From NCBI GenBank assembly GCA_016200135.1, contig JACQFI010000030.1, positions 8,656 through 72,655 on the forward strand: DNA of 64,000 nucleotides, written 5' to 3'. Made by a program: the position numbers and the translations under genes. Shown here one piece after another: positions 9,929-19,308 of this stretch; within the stretch, counting starts at the first letter, position 1, and every line of letters starts with the position of its first letter. A model generated the notes under the pieces. It was not told the DNA's origin, did not search any database, and saw nothing but the letters and a program-made list of their open reading frames with translations. Source of the DNA: Planctomycetota bacterium (GTDB lineage Bacteria; Planctomycetota; SZUA-567; H5-PLA8).

Positions 9929-10786
9929 ATGAAGAAATCCAGAAAAAACCACACTTTACGCAATTCCAAGCCGAAGAGATCGGCGGCCCGGCCGGGTACG
10001 TCCGCCGAAGCCTGGGCGAGCGCGGCGGTGGTCGTCGCCGCGGGCAGTTCCACGCGCATGGGCGGGAAGGTCAAGAAGCCGTTCCTCAAGCTGCGCGGCA
10101 AGCCCGTGCTGGTCTGGACCCTGCGCGCGCTGGGCCGGGTGCCGGGGCTGCGCGAACTGGTGCTGGTGACGCGCCCGCAGGACCGCGCGCAAGCGCAGCG
10201 CGCCGCGGCGCAGGCACGGCTGCCGCGCAAGCTCAAGCTCGTCTTTGCCGACGGCGGCGCGCGGCGGCAGGATTCGGTGATGAACGGATTGCACGCGACG
10301 TCCGAGGCCTGCGGGCTGGTGATGATTCACGACGCGGCCCGGCCGTTTCCGTCGCAGGAAGCCATCGCGAAGGCGCTTGCCATCGCCCACGAGCGCGGCG
10401 GCGCGATCCTGGCCCTGCCCGTCCGCGATACGGTTAAGCGCGAACTCGACCACAACCTGCTCCCGCTGGCGCAGAAAGTCTCCGGCCAGAACCTGGGTGC
10501 GCCGGAGAGCCTGAACGGATCGCATTTCATCGGCAAGACGGTCCCGCGCAAGGGCCTCTGGCTGGCGCAGACGCCGCAGGTCTTCCGCCGTTCGATGCTG
10601 CTGGAGATGTTCGAACGCTTCCAGCGCGAGTCGCCCGCCGAGGAAGTGACCGACGATGCCGCGATCTTCGAACGCTACGGGCACGCGGTGGCGCTGGTCG
10701 AGTCCAGCATGACCAACCTCAAAATCACGCGCCCCGAGGACTTGGCCATCGCCGAAGGATATCTGCGCCTGGGTCTGGTAAAATAA
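9929..10786 (+). CDS. ispD: 2-C-methyl-D-erythritol 4-phosphate cytidylyltransferase
   Basis: VVVAAGSSTRMGG...KPFL, IHDAARPF and AQTPQVF motifs. Carries a ~40-aa insertion relative to typical IspD proteins. Confidence 0.88.
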   Translation: MKKSRKNHTLRNSKPKRSAARPGTSAEAWASAAVVVAAGSSTRMGGKVKKPFLKLRGKPVLVWTLRALGRVPGLRELVLVTRPQDRAQAQRAAAQARLPRKLKLVFADGGARRQDSVMNGLHATSEACGLVMIHDAARPFPSQEAIAKALAIAHERGGAILALPVRDTVKRELDHNLLPLAQKVSGQNLGAPESLNGSHFIGKTVPRKGLWLAQTPQVFRRSMLLEMFERFQRESPAEEVTDDAAIFERYGHAVALVESSMTNLKITRPEDLAIAEGYLRLGLVK

Positions 10787-10841
10787 ACGCAACACTTGCG
10801 GCCCCTCCCGTCCTCTATAGGGCGGAACAGGGGAACGATAC

Positions 10842-11414
10842 GTGCATGTTGCCGCTTCGCACATTGTGACGCCGCCTGCTTCAAAGCCTTTTTCCGGCGA
10901 ATCGGATGCCGCGCTTGTGGCGCGCGCCCGGTCCGGTGAGGCATCGGCATTCGAGGCCGTCGCTTCGCGGCACGTGAAAGCCGTTTTTGGGCTGGTGCGC
11001 CAGCAGATTGGCGACGAGCACGCGGCCGAAGATGCGACGCAGCAGGCCTTGATCCTGGCCTATCGTTCCCTCCATCAGCTTGACGATCCCGGGCGCTTCG
11101 CCGGGTGGCTCTATCGGATCGCATTTCGCGAAGCGAAGCGGGCCGTTCTGGACGGTGCCCGCGAGGTCGCCACGGACCGCTTGCCCGAGCAAGCGGCGGA
11201 AATCCGCACGAGTGACGCGGAGCGGAATCTGGCCGTGCGCGAAGCGGTAGGGAGTCTCGAAGAACCGTACCGTTTGGTGGTGACGCTGAAGTATCTGGAA
11301 GGGCTCGATGCGGTGGAGATCGGCAAACGGCTGGGCATACCACACGGCACGGTGCGCGCGCAGCTTTCACGCGCAATGCCGCTGCTGCGCGAGAAGTTGA
11401 GGAGGCTCCTATGA
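10842..11414 (+). CDS. ECF-type RNA polymerase sigma-70 factor
   Basis: Region 2 (AEDATQQALILAYRSLHQLDDPGRFAGWLYRIAFREAKR) and region 4 (YRLVVTLKYLEGLDAVEIGKRLGIPHGTVRAQLSRA). The stop overlaps the next start as ATGA. The GTG start is uncertain. Confidence 0.85.
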   Translation: MHVAASHIVTPPASKPFSGESDAALVARARSGEASAFEAVASRHVKAVFGLVRQQIGDEHAAEDATQQALILAYRSLHQLDDPGRFAGWLYRIAFREAKRAVLDGAREVATDRLPEQAAEIRTSDAERNLAVREAVGSLEEPYRLVVTLKYLEGLDAVEIGKRLGIPHGTVRAQLSRAMPLLREKLRRLL

Positions 11415-14400
11415 GCGATGAACCGAATGATGAAGCCCTTGAGCGGCTGTTGCGTGATGAGCTGGCTCATGACCCGAATGCGGAGGAACACATCATGCGG
11501 AATGTCTCGGAGGCTCTGCACGCGGACCCAGCCCGTGGAACGGGCGAACGGCGCGCCGCGACGTTCCCTTTCTGGCTGATCGCGGCGGCGCTGGTGGCGC
11601 TGGCCGCGTCATTGGGCCTCTTCGCCCTCTTCCTGAATCGCAGTCGCGCGCCTAGCGAAGAGCGCGCGAAAGGCGATAACCAGACCAAGCCTGATGGAGA
11701 CGCGCGCGATCCAAACCTTGCGGCGCTTCCCATCGCGGACGAGCCCAAGCCCGGCGAGGAGATTTGGGAAGGTTATCTTTTCGAGAGCGCTGACGGGCGC
11801 CTTGAAATGGGCGAACACTGTCCGCTCCCCTGCCAGGTGATGGAAGCGGGGTCTAGAATAATCCCGAAGGAGTACGCCGAACGTCTTGCGGCGTTCGCCT
11901 GCAAGCCGGTCGGGAACTTCTTCACGTGGGTCTACGACGGCCTGCCTCCAGCCAACGCACCCGCCGAGGCCTACTCAAAAGTGCCGCGCTACCTGGTAAA
12001 GATCTGCGGCCGCATAAACCGCGCTGCCCCTCAGGACAACGCTGCAGCCGGCGTGGCCATGCGCAACCCGCGCGTGATCGAAGCGGAATTCCTGGGCGAG
12101 GAATGGCTGCGGTGTTGGGCGGACCTCGCGGCCACCGGCTACTATCCGAAAGTGGAATCTCTCCAGGATCCTCCGCCGGAACGGACGGCAGCGCAAAACG
12201 CCGCCCTGGCGCCCAAAGTGCTGGCGGCGCTCACGGCCATGCGCAAGGCGTCGGGGATCTCGGACGAATGGCGCACGAAACTTCGCGGCATCGTGCCCGA
12301 CGCGCGCGCGGTGAACCTCTTTCAACGCGGCCTTGAATTCGAGGCGCAGCGCTGGCTGGCCGATGTAAACAAGAAGCAGGACCTTAGATTGGAGGGCCTC
12401 GAAGCGCTCGGCGCACTTCCGCCTTCCCACGAGGCGCTAAAGGAACTTTTTTGTCGCTCTAGCAGTAAGCAGGACTTCTTTCTAAAGGTCGGCTCCCTTT
12501 GGTCAGGCGGTTTCGACTATGTTTCATTGAATTATGTTCGTGCCGAGTCGGGCGGCGGCACGTCATGGGCCTATACGCGGCTGGATTTGTTGCTGCGGAG
12601 TTGGAGCGAACAAGCGTTCCTCAAGGACCGTGATGCAACAAAAAAAGCGTTTGAAGAGCAATTGAAGGAAGATGAAATCCTTGTCCACCTGCAGCAACTT
12701 GACTCCGAGAACCCCAAGGAGCGAGAGAATGCGTTTGAATTTTTGAGTAAGGCCGAAGACCTGTCCACCGTCGCCGCACGCCTGGATGGAATTGCGGCAA
12801 AGCAGAAAGATGCGGCGGCAAGAGAGCGTATCGAAGAACTCCGCCTCCGCTTGGCCGGTCCTGTGGCCGCCGTGTTAAATTCGGAGATTCAAGCAAGGGT
12901 GGCGATGAGAAACAATAAGTCGGACGAGGTTCTCTTTTTGGATGGAAGTCCCAGTCGGGTTGCCAAAGGCCGCAAACCCTCCTTCCAGTGGAAACAAACG
13001 GGCGGTGACGACTTGAAGCTTGACGCGAAATCTCTATCCAAAGATCGCGTGGGTTTGAGGATTTACGAGCCTGGCACGTACCGGTTCGAGTTGCTCGTGC
13101 AAGATGGGATACGCGAAAGCACGCCTGTTTCGATAACCATGATTGTAAAGGACGAAATTGAAGCCGCGCCCGCGCCGAAAAAGCGCGAGCCGCAGGGAGC
13201 CGGCCATCCGGTCTACGGTGTCTACGGCGATCCCTCCAACGGCGTGGCTCTTGCCATCGAAATAAGCGTCTCGCGCTTGGGACAAATAGACGCGGGCAAG
13301 CCGATCCGCCTTTACTACGCGGTCAAGAACACCTCTGATGAAGCGCTCACGCTTCCGCACGCTGTCCTCTGGCCCGCCTACCTGCGATTTATCGTCAAGG
13401 ATGCGGACGGTAAGGTGTTGCCGCTCCTTGAAGAGGGAAAGAAGCTATTGGACCCCCAAGTCACCGCGCGCGGCAAGATCGGCCCGCCCAATCTTCCTCT
13501 GCCGCCCCGAAGCATCATCGAAAGCATGGGCGGGGCCGAATTGGCCCAACTCTTCGACCTGTCGATACCCGGCAACTACACCTTGCAAGTGATTTACGAA
13601 GAGACCGACGGCGAAGGCTGGCATGGCAAGGCCGCATCGAACACCGTGAACTTCGAAGTCGTTAAGGGAGGGGGAAAGGAAGAGGCCCAGTTGAAATGGG
13701 TGGAGTTCGCCCTCAGCACGCCCGAGCATCTTGACGATTGGAAGCGGATCAAAGCCGACTTGGAGTCCGATGGCGTGCGCTGCGCGGAAGGCGCAGTCCA
13801 CCTTGGCACCTTTTCGCTCCTCGTCGATGCCCGGGACTGGGAGAAGGCGGTAAATGCCACCCAGAAGTGCATCGAGAAAAACGCTTTAACCGTGCGCATC
13901 CATTCAAAAGAAGACGAGGAAGCGTACCAGGTCTTCGAGAAGGGAAAGCTTCTACGAGAAGAATTCTATGCCAGCGAGTACAAGCTTCCTTCGCGGCGCA
14001 TGTTGTTTCTAGTGGTTCCGCAAGACCCGGAAAAGCGCAGCGGACTTTACGCGCTTTCTCCATGGGACGAGACGGTAGCGGCACCGCTTCAGACGCTGTT
14101 TACGCAAGCGGCGGATGGAAAGCTGCAAGGCCCCGTGGCGGGAGCAGCCGTCATTCTCGTCGGCAAGCTTCCGGGCGAAGTGGGAGGATGGGGCGACTTC
14201 TTCGTTTCGGAACCCGGGCTGATCTCGAAGGGCGTCATTAAACTTCAAGCGCGGTACGTCGAATATGTCGGAGTTAAAGCGGGAGAGGCCATGCCTAAAC
14301 ATGCCTACGTTCGAATCGATTTACCCTCCCTGCCGGCGGGGAAATACGAAGTGAAGCTCTCGTTCTCGAACTACTCGTTTGAAGGCGATTGGACTAAGCT

Positions 14401-14482
14401 CAAGGGGCCGCTTCAAGGAGCGCCGCGGATGCAGCCCCTCGAATTCAAGTTTGAAGTGCCTGCCGCCGCAAAGGCGAAGTGA
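11411..14482 (+). CDS. large membrane-anchored anti-sigma-like protein with PKD-like domain
   Basis: Translationally coupled to the ECF sigma gene (ATGA). Single TM helix FPFWLIAAALVALAASLGLFALFL around residue 55. About 950 aa lie outside the membrane, including an Ig/PKD-like stretch (FQWKQTGGDDLKL...GTYRFELLVQDGIRESTPVSITMIV). Confidence 0.7.
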   Translation: MSDEPNDEALERLLRDELAHDPNAEEHIMRNVSEALHADPARGTGERRAATFPFWLIAAALVALAASLGLFALFLNRSRAPSEERAKGDNQTKPDGDARDPNLAALPIADEPKPGEEIWEGYLFESADGRLEMGEHCPLPCQVMEAGSRIIPKEYAERLAAFACKPVGNFFTWVYDGLPPANAPAEAYSKVPRYLVKICGRINRAAPQDNAAAGVAMRNPRVIEAEFLGEEWLRCWADLAATGYYPKVESLQDPPPERTAAQNAALAPKVLAALTAMRKASGISDEWRTKLRGIVPDARAVNLFQRGLEFEAQRWLADVNKKQDLRLEGLEALGALPPSHEALKELFCRSSSKQDFFLKVGSLWSGGFDYVSLNYVRAESGGGTSWAYTRLDLLLRSWSEQAFLKDRDATKKAFEEQLKEDEILVHLQQLDSENPKERENAFEFLSKAEDLSTVAARLDGIAAKQKDAAARERIEELRLRLAGPVAAVLNSEIQARVAMRNNKSDEVLFLDGSPSRVAKGRKPSFQWKQTGGDDLKLDAKSLSKDRVGLRIYEPGTYRFELLVQDGIRESTPVSITMIVKDEIEAAPAPKKREPQGAGHPVYGVYGDPSNGVALAIEISVSRLGQIDAGKPIRLYYAVKNTSDEALTLPHAVLWPAYLRFIVKDADGKVLPLLEEGKKLLDPQVTARGKIGPPNLPLPPRSIIESMGGAELAQLFDLSIPGNYTLQVIYEETDGEGWHGKAASNTVNFEVVKGGGKEEAQLKWVEFALSTPEHLDDWKRIKADLESDGVRCAEGAVHLGTFSLLVDARDWEKAVNATQKCIEKNALTVRIHSKEDEEAYQVFEKGKLLREEFYASEYKLPSRRMLFLVVPQDPEKRSGLYALSPWDETVAAPLQTLFTQAADGKLQGPVAGAAVILVGKLPGEVGGWGDFFVSEPGLISKGVIKLQARYVEYVGVKAGEAMPKHAYVRIDLPSLPAGKYEVKLSFSNYSFEGDWTKLKGPLQGAPRMQPLEFKFEVPAAAKAK

Positions 14483-14581
14483 GGCCGCAGGCATCTCGAT
14501 CCGACTCTGTTCTCGACAACGCACCTTCGAGACGATATAGGCAATAGGTTAAGCCTGAATTGTTCTCAAGGAGGTTGCGCT

Positions 14582-15067
14582 ATGATCCGCTTCGGTATCG
14601 GCACCGACAAACACCGCCTGGCCGGAGGTATTCCGCTGATCCTGGGCGGCGTGAAGGTCCAAGCGCTCAAGGGTGCGGTTGGCCATTCCGATGCCGACAC
14701 GCTCACGCACGCGGTCATCGACGCGTTACTCGGCGCGGCGGGCTTGGGCGACATCGGACACCACTTCCCCGACAGCGATCCCAAGTGGAAGAACGCGAAC
14801 TCCATCGAGATGCTCAAGAAGGTCGTGGAAATCCTGCATCACGCGGGCTACAAGCCCGTCAACGTGGACGTCTCGGTGCATCTCGAACAGCCTAAACTGG
14901 GCCGCTTGAAGCAGGAGATGGCCGGGAATCTCGCCGACGCGCTGCAGCTCCCGCGGCACATGGTCAACGTGAAAGCCAAGACGGGCGAAGGGGTGGATGC
15001 CGTGGGCGAAGGCAATGCCGTGGAAGCCCTTGCCGTGGCACAGGTGGAGAGCGTCACGCCGGCGTAA
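14582..15067 (+). CDS. ispF: 2-C-methyl-D-erythritol 2,4-cyclodiphosphate synthase
   Basis: IGIGTDKHRL, GHSDADTLTHAVIDALLGA and GDIGHHFPD motifs. AGGAGG lies 7 nt upstream of the ATG. Confidence 0.93.
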   Translation: MIRFGIGTDKHRLAGGIPLILGGVKVQALKGAVGHSDADTLTHAVIDALLGAAGLGDIGHHFPDSDPKWKNANSIEMLKKVVEILHHAGYKPVNVDVSVHLEQPKLGRLKQEMAGNLADALQLPRHMVNVKAKTGEGVDAVGEGNAVEALAVAQVESVTPA

Positions 15068-15092
15068 ACAATTTTGGATTTTGATTAACTGG

Positions 15093-15133
15093 CGGCGCGG
15101 AGGAGATATGCCTTCGCGCCGTTTTATTTTTTT
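15093..15133 (+). terminator. rho-independent terminator downstream of ispF
   Basis: 11-bp stem CGGCGCGGAGG / CCTTCGCGCCG (one G-U pair), 7-nt loop, then TTTTATTTTTTT. The T-tract overlaps the last codons of the convergent rsmA. Confidence 0.8.
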
Positions 15134-16038
15134 CGTTCCGGCCTGGTTATGCGAAAAAGTTCCAGCAGGGTTTTGGGATCGAGGTCCTCCGCGCGCTTTG
15201 CGCCTCGCTCGTCACTTGGAGCCAGGAGAAGGTCTGCCGTTTTCATGGCCGCGCGGAGTGTCTTGCGGCGCTGCTGGAACAGCTTCTGCAGGAACTCCTG
15301 AAAAGCTTTCGCTTCGTGCGGCTTGAGCGCACAGCGTTCCCACGGGATCAAGTCGAGTTCCACCACGGCCGACGAGACCTGCGGGCGCGGCCAGAAGACA
15401 TGCGCGCCGACCTTGCGCGCGATGCTGCCTTTGCCGCGCAAGGCCAGCAAGGCGGCGAGCGGCCCGAAATCGTTCGAGCCCGGCGTGCCGAAGAAGCGTT
15501 CGGCGAGCTCGAGCTGCACGGTCGCGACGATGCGTTCGACCGGCGATGCGGCCGAGCGGTCGGGCACGGAAGACTCCAGCGGCAGCGTTAGGTTTGCGAT
15601 CAAAGACGTGGCGGCGTTGTAAGGCAGATTGGCGCAGAGCACGCGGCGCGGCCGTTGCTCCGCTTCCGAGATGCGCAGCATTTCTTGGAGCATCTCTGCG
15701 TTCAGCTCGTGCTTGCCGGAGAGCGCGTCGCCTTCCAGCAGCGTCAGGCGTCCGCTTGCGATCTCCTGCGCAAACGTATCGCGCAATAATTGCGCCAGGC
15801 CGCGGTCGATCTCCACGGCCAGCACGCGCGCCGCAGGATCCGAAATCAGCAGGGCGCTCGTAAGCGCGCCCGTGCCTGGGCCGACCTCGAGGACCAGCGT
15901 CTTTCCGTCGGCATGCGCGGCGTGGGCGACGGCCTTGGCGAAATTGGGGTCGACGAGAAAGTTCTGGCCGAAGGCCTTGCGCGGCTTCAGTCCGCGCGCT
16001 TCGAGAGCCTCTTTGAGGCGCTCGAGCGGCCCGGTCAT
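15124..16038 (-). CDS. rsmA: 16S rRNA (adenine1518/1519-N6)-dimethyltransferase
   Basis: KAFGQNFLVD and LEVGPGTGALT (SAM-binding) motifs. Start set at ATG 16038, which forms an ATGA overlap with the stop of the upstream LysE-family gene. The longer ORF-track N-terminus is Arg/Pro-rich and implausible. Confidence 0.88.
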   Translation of the reverse strand: MTGPLERLKEALEARGLKPRKAFGQNFLVDPNFAKAVAHAAHADGKTLVLEVGPGTGALTSALLISDPAARVLAVEIDRGLAQLLRDTFAQEIASGRLTLLEGDALSGKHELNAEMLQEMLRISEAEQRPRRVLCANLPYNAATSLIANLTLPLESSVPDRSAASPVERIVATVQLELAERFFGTPGSNDFGPLAALLALRGKGSIARKVGAHVFWPRPQVSSAVVELDLIPWERCALKPHEAKAFQEFLQKLFQQRRKTLRAAMKTADLLLAPSDERGAKRAEDLDPKTLLELFRITRPERKK

Positions 16039-16667
16039 GCCTTCCATGCCGGCACAAAGAGGGCGAAGAGGCCGAAGCCGATGATGATCCCGCCGGAGAT
16101 CCAGTTGATCCAACGCAGGCCGCGCGGCGTGAAACTCTTGCGGAAGACGCCCATGCCCAGCGACAGGAAGACCCACCAGAGTGCCGAGCCGGAGAAGACG
16201 CCCAGCACGAGAAGCCAGACGTCCTCAATGTGGTTGCGCAGCTCCGGGAGCCTGAGCCCCGCGAAGATCGCAGCGAAGGCGAGCAGGGTCATTGGATTCG
16301 TGAGCGTAAGAATAAACGCGGACGCGAACGATCCGGCGATGCTGGTGGTGGGCTCGTCGCTTTTCTGATCCGCGACTTTCGTGCGCAGCATCTTGTAGCC
16401 CATAAAGCAGAGCAGGCAGCCGCCGAAGAGGCGAATCCAGATGATCTGCTGAAGCATGGCGTTGGCGACGACGTTGAGCCCGAAGCCGGCGACGCCGCCG
16501 TAGAGGGAATCGGCCAGCGCGGCGCCCATGCCCGTGGCCAAGCCGCGCAGGCGGCCGTGGGCCAAGGTGCGGCCGATGCAGAGCACGCCGATGGGACCCA
16601 CCGGCGCGGCGATCGCAAATCCCACGATGACGCCCTGGATGAACAGGCCCTTAAGGAAAGGCTCCAT
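16035..16667 (-). CDS. LysE/RhtB family amino-acid exporter
   Basis: 210 aa with about 6 hydrophobic helices. The N-terminus (FLKGLFIQGVIVGFAIAAPVGPIGVLCI) is typical of the LysE family. Confidence 0.8.
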   Translation of the reverse strand: MEPFLKGLFIQGVIVGFAIAAPVGPIGVLCIGRTLAHGRLRGLATGMGAALADSLYGGVAGFGLNVVANAMLQQIIWIRLFGGCLLCFMGYKMLRTKVADQKSDEPTTSIAGSFASAFILTLTNPMTLLAFAAIFAGLRLPELRNHIEDVWLLVLGVFSGSALWWVFLSLGMGVFRKSFTPRGLRWINWISGGIIIGFGLFALFVPAWKA

Positions 16668-16736
16668 TCCGGCACCCGCGGGGCTTTCGGCAAGATCGGT
16701 ACGGAGCGCGGGATCTCAAGCACCCCGCGTTTTAGA

Positions 16737-18011
16737 TCAGGAGCAGGCCTTCTTCAGCCACGACGTGGTGACCGAGGTCGGCCGGATGATCGGCTGGCCC
16801 AGGCCGCGCGCCAGGATCGCCTGCGCGCAGATGCCCAGCGAGCGGCTCACCGCGAACAGCACCGTGTAATAGCGCTGTTCGGTCAAGCCGTAGTGGGCCA
16901 GCAGCGCGCCGCTCGCGGCATCTACATTCGGCCAGGGGTTCTTGATCTTGGGGTATTTCTTGAGGACCTTGGGGACGGCTTCGTAGACGTTAAGCACCGA
17001 CTTGAAGATGGGGTCGTCCGCGCAGTGCGCCTTGCCAAACTCTACGAAGGCCGAGAACCTGGGGTCGGTGACCCGCAGCACCGCGTGACCGTAGCCGGGC
17101 ACGACGCGCTTGGCGGCGATCGTCTCTTCCGCATCCCTTGTGATCTGTTCCACCGTCGGCACGCCGCCGTACTTCTTCATCGTCTCCATCAGCCAGGTGA
17201 GGCACTCCTGGTTGGCCAAGCCGTGGAGCGGCCCCGCGAGGCCGTTCAGGCCCGCGCTGAGCGAGTAATAGAGGTCGGAGAGCGCCGAGTTCACCGTCGC
17301 GGCGGTCATGGCGCTGACGTTGCCGCTCTCGTGGTCGCAATGCAGGACCATGTAGAGGCGCATCAGCGAGGGGAAGCCGCCCTTCATGTCCGCGACGCTC
17401 AACAGGTGCGCATAGTTGGCGGCCCAATCGAGCGAGGCGTCGCCGTCGAGGCGCGGGCCTTTCTTAAAGCGTTTGCGGTAGACCCAGGCGGCGATGGCCG
17501 GCATCCGGGCGATGATGTTCAGCGCGTCCTCGAGCGTCGCTTCCCAATACTGGTCCTTCGGCATGCCCTCTTCGTACTTGCGCGCGAAGACCGAGTCGCG
17601 CTGCATGCTGAGGATCGCGGTGTTGAGCATGCACATCGGATGCGAATCGGCGGGCAGCGCATCCAGCACGTGCCAGACGTAATCCGGAACCGCAGCGCGG
17701 CGCGAGAACTCGCCCCGGATCTCCTCGACGTCCGCCTTGTCGGGAATCTCGCCGGTGAGCAGCAGGTAGAAAATCTCTTCGGGGAAGAGTTCGGTCAGTT
17801 CGGCGATCGGGTGGCCGCGGATGATCAGGCCTTTGTCGGGCGGAACGCTGGAGGTGTCGCAGAGAAGGCTGTGAATGCCGCGGGCGCCGGAGAAGATCTG
17901 TTCGGCCGTGACCTGGTCGACCGCCTTCGTCCCGCTGCTCTTGAGCAGGTTCTGAAGTTCCTGGCGGTGGCCCGCAAGGACCTGGGCCAGTTTATCTTTA
18001 AGCCTTCCCAC
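16737..18011 (-). CDS. gltA: citrate synthase
   Basis: LHCDHESGNVSA and NGLAGPLHGLANQE active-site region, plus VPGYGHAVLR. 424 aa. Confidence 0.9.
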   Translation of the reverse strand: MGRLKDKLAQVLAGHRQELQNLLKSSGTKAVDQVTAEQIFSGARGIHSLLCDTSSVPPDKGLIIRGHPIAELTELFPEEIFYLLLTGEIPDKADVEEIRGEFSRRAAVPDYVWHVLDALPADSHPMCMLNTAILSMQRDSVFARKYEEGMPKDQYWEATLEDALNIIARMPAIAAWVYRKRFKKGPRLDGDASLDWAANYAHLLSVADMKGGFPSLMRLYMVLHCDHESGNVSAMTAATVNSALSDLYYSLSAGLNGLAGPLHGLANQECLTWLMETMKKYGGVPTVEQITRDAEETIAAKRVVPGYGHAVLRVTDPRFSAFVEFGKAHCADDPIFKSVLNVYEAVPKVLKKYPKIKNPWPNVDAASGALLAHYGLTEQRYYTVLFAVSRSLGICAQAILARGLGQPIIRPTSVTTSWLKKACS

Positions 18012-18183
18012 TCCGGCCTCCTTCTTCGGATGCGTGCGCTGAGTTGTTCAGGATGTGCAAGGAGTTCCGCCCCGTTCATTAAAGCGAGTGTAGCCAATCC
18101 GGAAAATCCGTCCACCGAATTAAACCTGCGCCCATCGCCGGAAGACCTCTTCCTTCTCTAATCCGAATCATGCGCGACCCAGC

Positions 18184-19200
18184 TTACAAGTCCTTGGGAC
18201 GTCCGGACTCGGCGGAATCGCGGGCGCCCAGCACCAGCCGCAGGCTCTCCAAGCCCTCCAGCATGGGCGTGCGCGTCTCGCCATCCTCGCGAATGGCGCG
18301 CAGGAGGTCGAGCTGCTCGGCCAGCATTCCGTTCTTCTCCGAGCGGATCTCTTCGACGTAAGGAGATGGGCGGTCGGTGTGGGTGATCTGCGTCGCGCCG
18401 CCGCTCTGTTCGGCCATCAAACCCTTGGCAACGAACGTCCATGGCGCGAGCCACTTGCCGGGGATCGCGCAGTTGGTGCCGGTGAGCACCCCCACGGCGC
18501 CGCTCTGGAAACGCACGACCACGCCCGAGACGTCCTCGGCGGTATAGTTTTCGACTTCGCCGTGGCAGAGGTTCGCGGTGCTGGCGAAGACGTGCTTAGG
18601 TTTACCGAGCAGATACCGGCAGAGATCGAACTGGTGGATGATCTGCTCGACCATCTGCCCGCCGGACTTGTCCTGCATGCGCCACCAGGGCGCGTGCAGC
18701 GAATTGCAGTAGTAGCGCCCGACGAACTGGACTCCGGGGCCGCGGCCCGCGTCGAGCAACTCTTTGATGCGTTCGATGCCGTCCTGAAAACGCATCATGA
18801 AACCGACCTGTGATTTCAACTTCGCTTTCCTCACCGTGTCCACCATCGCCTGCGCCTTGTCAACGCTCAGCGCGATCGGCTTTTCGATAAAGATATGGAC
18901 GCCGTGCTTCGCGGCCGTCTCGACTTCATCGGCATGCGCGAACGGCGGCAGGCAGATGGTCACGACGTCCAGGTCCATCTTCTCGAACATCTGATGGAAG
19001 TCTTCGAAGACCTCGCCCTGCCCCTTGCCGTACTCCGCTTTATAGCGCTCGGCGCTGGCGCGGAAGACGTCGCAGAAGGCCACGAGGTCGTACTCGGGAA
19101 TCTGCAGGAGTGCCTTGGCATGCGCATTGGCGATGCCGCCGCAACCGAGGATGCCGTGGCGGAGCTTCTTGGGTGCCGAACTCTTGGCGGACTTGGCCAT
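18184..19200 (-). CDS. Gfo/Idh/MocA family oxidoreductase
   Basis: N-terminal Rossmann motif HGILGCGGIANAHAKAL, EKP motif (IFIEKPIA), 338 aa. Confidence 0.85.
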   Translation of the reverse strand: MAKSAKSSAPKKLRHGILGCGGIANAHAKALLQIPEYDLVAFCDVFRASAERYKAEYGKGQGEVFEDFHQMFEKMDLDVVTICLPPFAHADEVETAAKHGVHIFIEKPIALSVDKAQAMVDTVRKAKLKSQVGFMMRFQDGIERIKELLDAGRGPGVQFVGRYYCNSLHAPWWRMQDKSGGQMVEQIIHQFDLCRYLLGKPKHVFASTANLCHGEVENYTAEDVSGVVVRFQSGAVGVLTGTNCAIPGKWLAPWTFVAKGLMAEQSGGATQITHTDRPSPYVEEIRSEKNGMLAEQLDLLRAIREDGETRTPMLEGLESLRLVLGARDSAESGRPKDL

Positions 19201-19308
19201 GGACGTGATGCTCCCGGAACGAAGCAGCGGAAAACAGATTGAAGAGTCTGCAAAGGGGATGCTAACGAACTACATCACTCGCGCGAGCAGAGATTGCCGC
19301 GCGAGGAC

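Noticed and set aside
16230-18161. 643-aa plus-strand ORF covering the LysE and citrate synthase region
   Set aside because: It is antisense to two genes with clear family signatures. Its translation is Arg/Ala/Gly/Asp/His-rich with no motifs, which is typical of a shadow ORF in high-GC DNA.
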